DNA of 64,000 nt from an uncultured delta proteobacterium (lineage in GTDB: Bacteria; Desulfobacterota; Desulfobacteria; Desulfobacterales; QNYZ01), in assembly GCA_963845145.1 (NCBI GenBank), contig CAWJQU010000008.1:480001-544000 (forward strand). The letters are read 5' to 3'. A program made the translations under genes and the position numbers. Below, one piece after another: positions 13,251-23,381 of the stretch. The number at the start of each line of letters is the position of its first letter. Position 1 is the first letter of the stretch. The notes under the pieces were generated by a model that was not told where the DNA came from, did no database searches, and worked only from the letters and a program-made list of their open reading frames with translations.

Positions 13251-14216
13251 TTATACCTTTTTTCCATCTGGTTTTTCCATCTGGTTATACCAAGCAAGGG
13301 TTGCTTCAAGACCTTTCTTGAAACCAAATTGCGGTTTAAAGCCGATGATATTCTGAGTCCGCTGAATATCGGCCAGAGACATTTCGATATCCCCCTTTCG
13401 GGATGTTTCATGTACCGGATCAAGCGCGATTCCCGATAGATCGTTGACCATTCCCCACAATTCATTGATTGTGATGCTGTGTCCGGTTCCCACATTGAAT
13501 GCAGATCCATCGGCTATATCGGCCATCGCAGCCTTAATATTAGCAGCAACCACATCATGAACAAAAATAAAATCCCTGGACTGGTTGCCGTCACCATATA
13601 TCGTGGGCGCTTGGTTCTGAACCGCCCTGTCCATGAAGATCGAAATGACCCCCGAATAAGGCGAAGAGGGGTCCTGCCTGGGGCCAAATACATTGAAATA
13701 CCGTAGACAAATCGACTCAAGCCCATACAATTCGTAATAAAGCTTGGCGTGCATTTCACCGACACTCTTTTGGAGTGCATAAGGACTTTTCGGCTGGTGC
13801 ATCAGCTCTTCATGTTTGGGCTGAACCGGGTCGTCACCATAAACCGCGCAGGAACTCGCCAGAACAACCCTTGATACGCCCAGCGTTCGTGCGGTATCAA
13901 GAACGGTCAATGTCCCTGAAATGTTTACCTTAGCGGACGCTATGGGGTCTTCAACCGTTTGGGGTACGGATACTACCGCCGCCTGGTGAAAAATTACATC
14001 GCAATCACAAGCGGCTTTCTCCATAGCTTTCTTGTCACAAATGTCTCCCTTAATAAAATCGATATTAGACCATGCCTTTTCCAAATTATGACGATGACCC
14101 GTGGATAGGTTATCAAGAACGGTTACACGTGTCCCATTTACCAGCAAGGCATCGACAAGGTGTGACCCAATAAAGCCGGCGCCACCTGTCACAAGTGCTT
14201 TTTTTATTTTTTTCAA
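13251..14216 (-). CDS. SDR nucleotide-sugar 4-epimerase (GalE/WbpP-like)
   Basis: TTG start with GAGGAG RBS; TGGAGFIGSH, SPYALQK, RYFNVFGPRQDP. Confidence 0.9.
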   Translation of the reverse strand: MKKIKKALVTGGAGFIGSHLVDALLVNGTRVTVLDNLSTGHRHNLEKAWSNIDFIKGDICDKKAMEKAACDCDVIFHQAAVVSVPQTVEDPIASAKVNISGTLTVLDTARTLGVSRVVLASSCAVYGDDPVQPKHEELMHQPKSPYALQKSVGEMHAKLYYELYGLESICLRYFNVFGPRQDPSSPYSGVISIFMDRAVQNQAPTIYGDGNQSRDFIFVHDVVAANIKAAMADIADGSAFNVGTGHSITINELWGMVNDLSGIALDPVHETSRKGDIEMSLADIQRTQNIIGFKPQFGFKKGLEATLAWYNQMEKPDGKKV

Positions 14217-14260
14217 CCGCTGGCTCCTCTGTATTGCGATTCCATAAATACAGTGCCCAA

Positions 14261-14309
14261 ATTAGATGTATTGGATTAGATACTTTGGATTAGATACCCT
14301 GGGCTAGAT
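14261..14309. repeat. 14-bp imperfect tandem repeat, about 3.5 copies
   Basis: ATTAGATGTATTGG / ATTAGATACTTTGG / ATTAGATACCCTGG / GCTAGAT in the divergent intergenic region. Confidence 0.8.
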
Positions 14310-14392
14310 TGACTTTTAGGACACAAATATTTAAATTTAATAATCAATATAGACCTTGGCAAACTTTAGGGCAAATAAAGAATAGCTCCGAC

Positions 14393-14650
14393 ATGGCAAA
14401 TTCAAAAAAAACAGAAAAATCTATTCATATTGTCATTAAATTATTTGCAACCCTATCGAAATATCTTCCCCCCGATTCGGATCATTACAGGGTATCTGCC
14501 GGCATGACCGCCGGTGACCTGACCACACACCTGAACCTCCCAAAAGATCAATTGAAGCTGATTTTTATTAATGGATGCAAACGATCGTTTAACACCGTCT
14601 TGCATGATCAAGACCGCATCGGTATATTCCCCCCGGTCGGTGGGGGTTAA
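14393..14650 (+). CDS. MoaD/ThiS-family sulfur carrier protein
   Basis: IKLFATL, FING and C-terminal IFPPVGGG. Confidence 0.85.
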   Translation: MANSKKTEKSIHIVIKLFATLSKYLPPDSDHYRVSAGMTAGDLTTHLNLPKDQLKLIFINGCKRSFNTVLHDQDRIGIFPPVGGG

Positions 14651-14715
14651 GGTTGAAGATGACTAAATAGAAAAATCCAATCGATAGCCAAGCCCAAAAA
14701 CAATTAGAGATGGAA

Positions 14716-16027
14716 CTAATCTGGCGGTTCAATCCGCTTTAATATGAATTTTACCGTCGTACCTTGCCCTAAAGTACTGTGAACATCAAGCCGGCTATTA
14801 TATCCCTCAAGCATATTATGGACAATGGATAACCCCAGGCCAGTCCCACGGGGTTTATTGGAGTAAAAGGGCAAAAATATTCGCTGTAAATTCTCAGGTT
14901 TGATGCCAATTCCATTATCGATAATATCAACAAGGATATGATCATACTGTAAAACGGTTCGAATGATAATGCGACCATTTTCATTCACCGCTTCAGCGGC
15001 ATTTAACAATAGATTCCACAATATCTGACGAAGATGAACCGGGTCCATCTCGACCCATGCGCCGGGCGTTAAATCGGGTTGTATTATTATGTCATGATGC
15101 CCACCATCTTTTGTCAATAGCTCCAATGTTTCTTCGATTTCACGGTTCACATCTACCGGTTTAAGGTGACCGCCCGGCGATTTTGCAAAAAGCAAAAAAT
15201 TATTGACCAGTTTGCTGAGTCGCTTGGCTTCTCGCGTGACGATTCGCATTAATTTTTCCTGATCCGGATCTCCATCGAATCCATCCCTCAACATTTGGAT
15301 GGAACCGGTCATCGAAGCCAGTGGATTTTTGATCTCATGAGCCAAGCCGGCTGCCATCTCCCCCAATGAAGCCAGTTTATCCAATCGGGTGACATGGTCT
15401 TTCATGGCCCGCAATTCACTTCTCGCTTTTCGAGTCTGCTCAATCAAATAGCTGCTAAGCAGAGAAACAACAAAGCAGGCGACAATAACCAGAAGTGTTT
15501 TATAAGTGACGTAGCTCCAAGGGTAGCTGCGGCGGAATGGGCCCAATCGGGTATAAAGGGTGGAATGATTCTGAAATATTCCAGCCCAATCAAAATAGCA
15601 TACTGAATACATGCCAATCCCGAGATAATCAAAGTATCACGCTTATGGAGAAACACGCTTGAATATAATGGGTAGCGATGGATACAGAAATGAATAAAAA
15701 CTGGCAAACCCACCAGAAAGTAGACTAATATTGTTATGATCAGTGTATCTAGTCCGATCTGAATAGATGCGAACCTGACATGATTTTTTACCCGGAGAAA
15801 TGACCGCGATATAGGCAAGTGAACAAACACAAATAAAGATCGATAGCCCATAAAAATTAGAGATGGGTGATCCCGGAAGTCCTATGCAAGATCTTTTAGA
15901 TGAACAACAAAGGTAGAACCAAGCAGCAATAAAGCAAAAGCTAACCCGAAACAGCATCAGCCGTTTAAGCTTTAATGCTATAGGCTTCATTCGGCACCAA
16001 ACTGGTCCCGAGGTTCTCTCGTGCCAT
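14716..16027 (-). CDS. pilS: Membrane sensor histidine kinase, PilS-like (5' part split by indels)
   Basis: LKRLMLFR N-terminal motif, TM helices, H-box AAGLAHEIKNPL, NLLLNA, DNGIG, GTGLGL; follows pilC. Confidence 0.75.
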
Positions 16028-16102
16028 AGTAGGTAGTGACATTTCCAATGTTTGCAAAATAGATCAACAACTCGGTATAGAAGATTTTTGCTCTGTAAAT
16101 GT

Positions 16103-17308
16103 TTAAAAAAGGCTGGCCATTTTAAAAATTGGCAGGTACATGGAGACAACAATACCGCCTATCATAACCCCAAGAATAACAATCATCATTGGTTCAATAA
16201 GGGTCGTAAGATTATCGACAGCCTGGTCAACCTCATCATCATAAAAATCGGCAATTTTTCCCATCATCGCATCCAAAGCACCCGTGGATTCACCAACAGC
16301 CGTCATTTGCGACACCATGGGGGGGAAAACGCCGCTTTCAGCCATGGGATCTGCCATGGGTTGCCCGCCTACAATGGCGCTTCGAATGCTATAGACAGCA
16401 TTTTCAACCTTTCTGTTTCCTGCCGTCTTCGCCACGATGTCAATGCATCAAGAATTGAAACACCGCTGGAAAGCATCGTTCCCATGGTTCGGGTAAATTT
16501 TGCTATGGCCGCTTTTCGAGCCAGAATGCCAAGTACTGGAAGCCTAAGTAAGATGCTATCAATGGCCAATCGTCCTTTTTCTGTACGATAAAACCAGGTA
16601 AAGGCAATGACAAAAAGAATAATGGCGCCCAAAATCAATAAATATTTGCTTCTCACAAAATTACTGATTGCGATTGTTATAGCTGTTGGAACGGTAAACC
16701 ACCCCCCAGACTCCGAAAATAATTGCTTCAAAGGTTGGAATAACAAAAACTAAAATAACCGCCAAAATAATCACGGAAACGGCTAATGTCAGGACCGGGT
16801 AGGTCATGGCCCCTTTTACTTTCGCTACCAATCGCGCCATCTTTTCCATATATGCTGCCAAACGTCTCAGAATCACATCAAGGATACCACCCGCTTCACC
16901 GGCAGCCACCATATGGACAAATAAATCATTAAAATGTCTGGGGTATTTCTTGAATGCCTCAGCCAGCGTGGAGCCTCCCTCCACCGATTCCTTAATTTCC
17001 TTGATCATCTTTTTAAAGGTCTTGTTATCCTGCTGTGCTTGCAGGATATCGAGGCATTGAATCAAAGGCAGACCGGCGTCAATCATGGTTGAAAACTGGC
17101 GGGCAAAGACAATAACGTCTTTTGTGCGGACTTTGGGTTGAAGAAAAGATACATTTTCAAATAAATCTTTGGGTTTTTTCTTTACCCGCTGCGGGGTAAT
17201 CCGCATGCGAAGCAGCCTGGATCGAACGATGCTCGCATCGGTCGCTTCCATCTCTCCCTTTTGTTCTTTGCCGGTACCGCTTTTGCCTACCCATAAATAA
17301 ACGGGCAT
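16103..17308 (-). CDS. pilC: Type IV pilus platform protein PilC (T2SS-F family; two indels)
   Basis: FARQFSTMIDAGLPL, AGEAGGILD, FTRTMGTMLSSGVSIL, VGESTGALD, MYLPIF; AAGGAGG RBS. Confidence 0.92.
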
Positions 17309-17879
17309 GTATGCCTCCTTTGGATGATATATTCGAAAATTATCTGGCCAGAGTGAATTCCTAACAACTGGAAAAAGTCATAGAAACCATCCGATGGATA
17401 TGGTTTTGTTTCATATCAACTGTAAAACTGCAACAGGTAGCTGTCATAGTAAAAACCGCTGTCGAATTAACAATTGTATATTCTTATGCAAGCTGTATAC
17501 CACCCACCACAAATCAAGGTTAGATAACGAATCGTTTGTTGAGCCGTCATTTTACCCGCTAAACGATAAATACATGGAAATCTAGTAGCGGTCACTCTTA
17601 GGTATTACGAGCGCAACCAGGTAATTTGAATGGCAAATTTTGTAATTGTATTGTTACATATCATCGAAAAATAGTAATTCGAATTATTTAGCCCTTTTCG
17701 AGTAGAGCCGTCACATCTGTTTTGGGTATTTTCTCTTTACTCGAAACGTTTTAATTTATCAAGATATTAGACAATAATTGCATCCTCCTGTCAATCACCA
17801 CCAAGCATAGTATCATACAATTCCATCCATTCGCGGTCCTGCTTGAAAATCACATCTCAATATGTAACGATAACCGTAT

Positions 17880-20585
17880 GTGTGCCAGACCATCAACCCG
17901 ACCAGCCTGATCATCCCAAAAATGAATGACGGCATATCCATTATTACCACCCATGTGAATGCGGATTTTGATGCCCTAGCCTCCATGTTGGCGGTGCAGA
18001 AATTATATCCCGAAGCAAAAGTTGTGTTCCCTGGTTCCCAGGATAAAAATCTACGTAATTTTTTTATAAAAACGATGGTTTACCTATTGAACATCGCCGA
18101 TATCAATCATATCGATTTTAGTAAAATCAACCGACTGATTCTGGTGGATACCCGTCGGCCGGGTCGAATTGGTCAATTTTCTGAAATATTGGACAAACCG
18201 AACCTTAAAATACATATTTATGACCACCATCCCGCCATGGACGGAGATATCAAAGGCGAATATGAAGTGCTCCATCCCACCGGTGCAACGACGACCATTT
18301 TAGCAGAACTCATACAAGCTCGCGAGATATCGGTATCACCGGATGAAGCCACGATCATGTGTCTGGGTATTTATGAAGATACCGGATCGTTTACTTTTTC
18401 CTCCACTACCGAAAGAGATTTGAAAGCGGCGGCATATCTGCTGAGTCAGGGAGCCAATTTAAACATCGTCGCCGACTTGATTTCCAGGGAAATAACCCCG
18501 GAACAGGTGGGAATCCTAAATGATATGATTCAAAGCACGGTATTGCATAATGTCAAGGGCATTGAAGTCGCCTTTACATCCGTTAAAACAGAAAGTTACG
18601 TACCTGACTTCGCTTTTTTGGTCCATAAAATGATCAACATGGAAAACCTGGATGCTATTTTCGCTCTGGCTCTGATGGAAAATAAAATTTACGTTGTGGG
18701 CCGCAGTCGGATTCCCGACCTTGACGTGGGGGCCGTGTTAACCCGATTGGGTGGCGGTGGCCATGCATCGGCAGCTTCAGCGACAGTGAGAGAAAAAACC
18801 CTGGCACAGACCGAACAGGAATTAAACCAAATTTTAATGGACACGGTTGAATCCAGCCGTCATGCCCGAAACCTAATGTCTTCACCGGCCATTACCGTGA
18901 ACGTCACCGCCAGCTGTGCCGAGGCTTCTGAACTGTTGAACCGGTACAGCGTGAATGCCCTGGTGGTTGTCGATGCGCTAAAGGCCGATCCCCCTCTTTG
19001 TGGATATATTACCCGACAGATTATAGAAAAAGCCCTTTACCATAAACTCGGCCAGGTCTCTGTTCGGGACTATATGAACACAGATATGGCCGTCGTTCAC
19101 CCCGATGCGCCTCTTTTTGAGATTCAGGAAAAAATTATTGCCAACAAACAACGGCTTCTGCCGGTTGTAACGGATCATCAAGTCCTGGGCGTAATCACAC
19201 GCACCGATCTGCTCAACACGTTGGTCCACGCACCTAAAAATCATCGAAGTGATATCTTTGATACAACCGATCACCCGGTGAATGTGCGCAGTCGCAATAT
19301 CATCAATTTAATGCGCGAACGGCTTTCAAAACGAATGATCAATCAGTTAAAGACCATCGGTAAAATCGCTGACGAGCTTGGCTACGGGGCTTATGTGGTC
19401 GGTGGCTTTGTGCGGGACTTGTTTCTTAATCGCAAAAATGAAGATATCGACATCGTCATTGAAGGAGATGGTATTGGATTTGCCCAAAAATATGCGGAGA
19501 TCGTCAAGGGCCGGGTCCATACCTATGCCAAATTCGGAACCGCAGTGGTTACCTTTCCCGATGGGTACAAGCTGGATGTGGCTTCGGCCCGCATGGAATA
19601 TTATACCTATCCGGCAGCATTGCCGATTGTGGAAATGAGTTCCATTAAGCTGGATCTGTATCGCCGTGATTTTAGTATTAATACGCTGGCCGTCCGTCTT
19701 AACGACAAATGGTTCGGCACCCTGATCGATTTTTTTTCGGCCCAAAGAGATATCAAAGAAAAGGTTATCCGTGTTCTGCACAACATGAGCTTCGTGGAAG
19801 ACCCGACCCGTGTATTTCGTGCCATTCGGTTTGAACAGCGATTTGGATTCACCATCGGTAAGGTGACTGCCGGTTTGATTGAAAATGCGGTGCGAATGGA
19901 TTTTTTTAAAAGACTCGGTGGTAAACGGCTCTTATCCGAACTAAAACTCATATTGGAAGAAGACAACCCACCCCTGGCTCTTAACCGATTAGACGATTAC
20001 AACCTACTCCAGGCAATCCACCCATCGATTCGATACAATAAAGCATTGGCCGGGGTTTTCAAATCTATTAAGAAAGTGCTCGATTGGTATGACCTTCTTT
20101 TTTTAAATGATTCCCATGAAAAATGGGCCATTTATTTTTTAGCCTTTTGTCATCACATTAATAATGCTGACTATGTTGAGGAGGTTTTTGAACGATTTGA
20201 ATTCAAGCCGCATTACCGACGCCTGTTCGAAAAAGAGCGACGTAAAGTCTACCGCTGCCTGGGCCGTTTGGAAAGTAATTTACCATTAAAAAACAGCCAC
20301 TTGGTCCAACAATTATCCGATACCAAAATAGAGCCTCTCCTGTATTTAATGGCCATTGCCACAAGCGATGAGGTAAAACGGCGAATCTCGCATTATCTGA
20401 CCCACCTGCGACATATTCGAATCAGTATAACCGGAAAAGATCTAAAAAATATGGGTATTGATCCGGGTCCCGCCTATCGAAAAATTCTGGACGCCGTTCT
20501 TGACGCAAAACTGGATAGCCAAATTAAATCACGCCAGGGAGAACTTAAGCTTGCAGGGCGATTGGGCGCCAAGTTAAAGGCTTAA
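17880..20585 (+). CDS. tRNA nucleotidyltransferase with DHH/DHHA1 and CBS domains (A-adding or CCA-adding type)
   Basis: HVNADFDA, YDHH, GGGH, two CBS domains, VGGFVRD, DIDIV, RRDFSIN, EDPTR. Start may be 17922. Confidence 0.92.
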   Translation: MCQTINPTSLIIPKMNDGISIITTHVNADFDALASMLAVQKLYPEAKVVFPGSQDKNLRNFFIKTMVYLLNIADINHIDFSKINRLILVDTRRPGRIGQFSEILDKPNLKIHIYDHHPAMDGDIKGEYEVLHPTGATTTILAELIQAREISVSPDEATIMCLGIYEDTGSFTFSSTTERDLKAAAYLLSQGANLNIVADLISREITPEQVGILNDMIQSTVLHNVKGIEVAFTSVKTESYVPDFAFLVHKMINMENLDAIFALALMENKIYVVGRSRIPDLDVGAVLTRLGGGGHASAASATVREKTLAQTEQELNQILMDTVESSRHARNLMSSPAITVNVTASCAEASELLNRYSVNALVVVDALKADPPLCGYITRQIIEKALYHKLGQVSVRDYMNTDMAVVHPDAPLFEIQEKIIANKQRLLPVVTDHQVLGVITRTDLLNTLVHAPKNHRSDIFDTTDHPVNVRSRNIINLMRERLSKRMINQLKTIGKIADELGYGAYVVGGFVRDLFLNRKNEDIDIVIEGDGIGFAQKYAEIVKGRVHTYAKFGTAVVTFPDGYKLDVASARMEYYTYPAALPIVEMSSIKLDLYRRDFSINTLAVRLNDKWFGTLIDFFSAQRDIKEKVIRVLHNMSFVEDPTRVFRAIRFEQRFGFTIGKVTAGLIENAVRMDFFKRLGGKRLLSELKLILEEDNPPLALNRLDDYNLLQAIHPSIRYNKALAGVFKSIKKVLDWYDLLFLNDSHEKWAIYFLAFCHHINNADYVEEVFERFEFKPHYRRLFEKERRKVYRCLGRLESNLPLKNSHLVQQLSDTKIEPLLYLMAIATSDEVKRRISHYLTHLRHIRISITGKDLKNMGIDPGPAYRKILDAVLDAKLDSQIKSRQGELKLAGRLGAKLKA

Positions 20586-20701
20586 ATAGCCGCCTGCCAC
20601 CCCACAAAGCATTCATATTTTACTTGCGATGTCGGCCTGCTTTGATATAGACGTGCCACACTAAATATATTGATTCATCCAACGCAGAAAGAGAAACAGC
20701 A

Positions 20702-21715
20702 ATGCAAAAAAAAGTGATCTTAACCGGTATTACCACGACGGGGACTCCGCATCTGGGTAACTATGTGGGTGCCATTCGACCGGCAATTGAAGCCAGCCGG
20801 CAGGAGAATAACCGGTCTTTTTATTTTTTGGCCGATTACCACGCCCTGGTAAAAAACCAGAATCCCGAGCGATTTCGTCAATCAACCCTGGAAATAGCCG
20901 CAGCCTGGCTGGCCTTGGGCCTCGATACCGATAAATCAATATTTTATCGTCAGACCGATATTCCCGAGATCATGGAGCTCACCTGGATATTGATGTGTAT
21001 GGCCGCTAAGGGCTTGATGAACCGGGCCCATGCATATAAAGCTATAGTCGCTGAAAACGAAACCAAGCGGGTGAAAGATCCGGACAAGGGAATCTCTATG
21101 GGGCTGTTTTGCTACCCCATCCTCATGGCTGCGGACATATTAATGTTTAAGGCCAATGAAGTCCCGGTTGGAAAGGATCAAATCCAACACCTTGAAATGA
21201 CAAGAGATATTGCTGGAAGATTCAATCATGTATTCGGCGACACCTTCGTGTTACCCCAAGCGGTAACCGATGCAAAAACGGCGGTACTCAAGGGGCTGGA
21301 CGGACAAAAAATGAGTAAAAGCTACGATAACATGATTCCGCTATTTGCTCCTGAAAAGAAATTGCGCAAATTGATTATGCGAATAAAAACCAACTCCCAA
21401 CCGCCGGAAGAACCCAAAGATCCGAAAGCCTGCACGCTGTTTGAAATTTATCAAGCCTTCGCCACCAGTGAGCAAGCCAAAGCGATGGAAAAACGGTATG
21501 CGGAAGGCATTGCCTGGGGGGAGATGAAGCAACATCTTTTTGAATATTTAAACGATCGATTGGCCCAGCCGCGACAAGACTACGGAGAGTTAATCAAGAA
21601 CCCGGCCCATATCGAAAAAGTGCTTAAAGAAGGCGCTGAAAAAGCCCGGGCCCACAGTGTCCCGTTTATGGCCGACATTCGAAAAAAAATCGGTGTGCAG
21701 GCCATCGGTGGATAG
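20702..21715 (+). CDS. trpS: Tryptophan--tRNA ligase
   Basis: HLGN, YPILMAADIL, VPVGKDQ, KMSKS. Confidence 0.97.
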   Translation: MQKKVILTGITTTGTPHLGNYVGAIRPAIEASRQENNRSFYFLADYHALVKNQNPERFRQSTLEIAAAWLALGLDTDKSIFYRQTDIPEIMELTWILMCMAAKGLMNRAHAYKAIVAENETKRVKDPDKGISMGLFCYPILMAADILMFKANEVPVGKDQIQHLEMTRDIAGRFNHVFGDTFVLPQAVTDAKTAVLKGLDGQKMSKSYDNMIPLFAPEKKLRKLIMRIKTNSQPPEEPKDPKACTLFEIYQAFATSEQAKAMEKRYAEGIAWGEMKQHLFEYLNDRLAQPRQDYGELIKNPAHIEKVLKEGAEKARAHSVPFMADIRKKIGVQAIGG

Positions 21716-22426
21716 ATGAACCCGGATCCCTACCAGATTAAGCTGGAAGATATCTTTGAAGGCCCCATGGACCTATTGGTCCACCTGATCAGAAAAAATG
21801 AGGTCAACATCTACGACATCCCCATTGCCCTCATCACCGATCAGTACCTGGAATATCTGGAATGGATTCAATCAATGAACGTGGATGTGGCCGGGAGTTT
21901 CATCCTGATGGCGGCCACGCTAACGCAAATTAAATCGAAAATGCTGCTACCGGTGCATGACGATGAAGATGATGAAGACCCCCGTTTGGAGGTTATTCGC
22001 CCCCTGAATGAATACCTGCAAATGAAAGACGCGGCTGATCAGCTATTACAGCGGAACCTTCTTGGACAAGATATCTTCATTCGTCCCCTGTCCGAAAAAG
22101 ACGTACCGGCGGAATCCGACGATGGTTTCATCCAAGTGGGGCTTTTTGAGCTCATCGATGCCTTTCGAAACATTCTGGCCGAGTTGGATATGGAGCAGCA
22201 AGTCGACTTCAGTGCTGAACGCATCTCCATCAAGGATCGAATCGCCGAGATTATCGAGGCATTGGAAACCAAGGGAAGTGTGACTTTTGACGAGCTTTTC
22301 CAACAACCGATTCACAAAAGTGATGTGGTTGTCACTTTTTTGGCTGTTCTCGAAATGGTTAAGTTAAGTCTTCTACGCATCGTTCAACATACCCAAACCG
22401 GAGCGATGCGACTATTCTATTTATGA
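21716..22426 (+). CDS. scpA: Segregation and condensation protein A
   Basis: FEGPMDLLVHLI, IKSKMLLP, VVTFLAVLEM. Confidence 0.95.
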   Translation: MNPDPYQIKLEDIFEGPMDLLVHLIRKNEVNIYDIPIALITDQYLEYLEWIQSMNVDVAGSFILMAATLTQIKSKMLLPVHDDEDDEDPRLEVIRPLNEYLQMKDAADQLLQRNLLGQDIFIRPLSEKDVPAESDDGFIQVGLFELIDAFRNILAELDMEQQVDFSAERISIKDRIAEIIEALETKGSVTFDELFQQPIHKSDVVVTFLAVLEMVKLSLLRIVQHTQTGAMRLFYL

Positions 22427-23193
22427 TGGATGATCTAAAAAACATACTGGAAAGCCTGCTTTTTGTTGCCGATGAGCCATTGGCGCTTGAGCGTCTAAGA
22501 AAAATAATTCCCGAAGTGGATACGCCGCAAATCCGCCAGGCCATGTCCGACCTGGCGGCGGAATACGATGCACGTAACACCAGCTTTTACTTAGACGAAA
22601 TTGCCGGCGGATATCAGCTTCGTACCCGGCCGGCTTATACCGAGTGGATTCAACGACTCGTGCAACCCAAACCGGCCCGATTAAGCCGGGCCGCTTTGGA
22701 AACCCTGGCCATTATCGCCTACAAGCAACCGGTGCTGCGCGCCGATATCGAACATATTCGAGGCGTTGACAGCGGCGGCGTCCTTCGCATGCTGATGGAA
22801 CGAAAACTGATTCGAATCCTGGGCCGCAAGGAAATTCCGGGCAGACCTCTGATCTATGCCACCACCAAGCTCTTTCTGGAAGTTTTCGGATTAAAAGACC
22901 TCAAAGAACTGCCAACGCCTCAAGAAATCGAGTCACTGGGTGCAGATGAAAACGAACCCATTGAAACCTCAACGCCCCAGACGACAGAAGAGGCATTAGA
23001 TAACGAAGCGCCCGTGCCGAGCCATGCGGAATCCGATGACCCTGTACCCGAAATAGCCATCGAATCCAACGATGAATTACCCGAACAACCGGAACCACCC
23101 ACTGACGATTCGGACCTTTCAGATGAAAAAGCCCTTGACGCTGGGGATCTGGAGGATTATAAAAACGGCCAACAACCTGAAACGGGCGGTTAA
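22423..23193 (+). CDS. scpB: Segregation and condensation protein B with acidic tail
   Basis: LESLLFV, LSRAALETLAIIAYKQPV, GRPLIYATT; ATGA overlap with scpA. Confidence 0.95.
   Translation: MMDDLKNILESLLFVADEPLALERLRKIIPEVDTPQIRQAMSDLAAEYDARNTSFYLDEIAGGYQLRTRPAYTEWIQRLVQPKPARLSRAALETLAIIAYKQPVLRADIEHIRGVDSGGVLRMLMERKLIRILGRKEIPGRPLIYATTKLFLEVFGLKDLKELPTPQEIESLGADENEPIETSTPQTTEEALDNEAPVPSHAESDDPVPEIAIESNDELPEQPEPPTDDSDLSDEKALDAGDLEDYKNGQQPETGG
23135..23163 (+). promoter_or_regulatory. sigma70-type promoter inside scpB, probably for tRNA-Val
   Basis: TTGACG-17 nt-TATAAA ending 20 nt upstream of the tRNA. Confidence 0.65.
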
Positions 23194-23258
23194 CTCAGTG
23201 GGAGAGTGCTACCTTCACACGGTAGAAGTCACTGGTTCAAATCCAGTACCGCCTACCA
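23184..23258 (+). tRNA. tRNA-Val(CAC)
   Basis: GGGCGGT/ACCGCCT acceptor, CTACC-TTCACAC-GGTAG anticodon arm, GGTTCAAATCC, encoded CCA. Confidence 0.95.
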
Positions 23259-23381
23259 AATCCAATGATGTCCCCAGCGCCGGTTAATTCTCCCACCGGC
23301 TATCGTTTTTAGGTTCCATTTTCGATTATCGTTGGCCATCAACCTCCTCTTGTGCCATAACTCGAATGATACCATCACCCT

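Noticed and set aside
15990..16000. TTCGGCACCAA, an 11-bp direct match to the tRNA-Leu 3' end (possible attR of a 6-kb island)
   Set aside because: Short enough to be chance, lies in the pilS 5' coding region next to its usual neighbour pilC, and there is no integrase.
20635..20658. TGGCACG on the minus strand as a sigma54 promoter
   Set aside because: No TTGC at -12 and it points antisense into the upstream gene.
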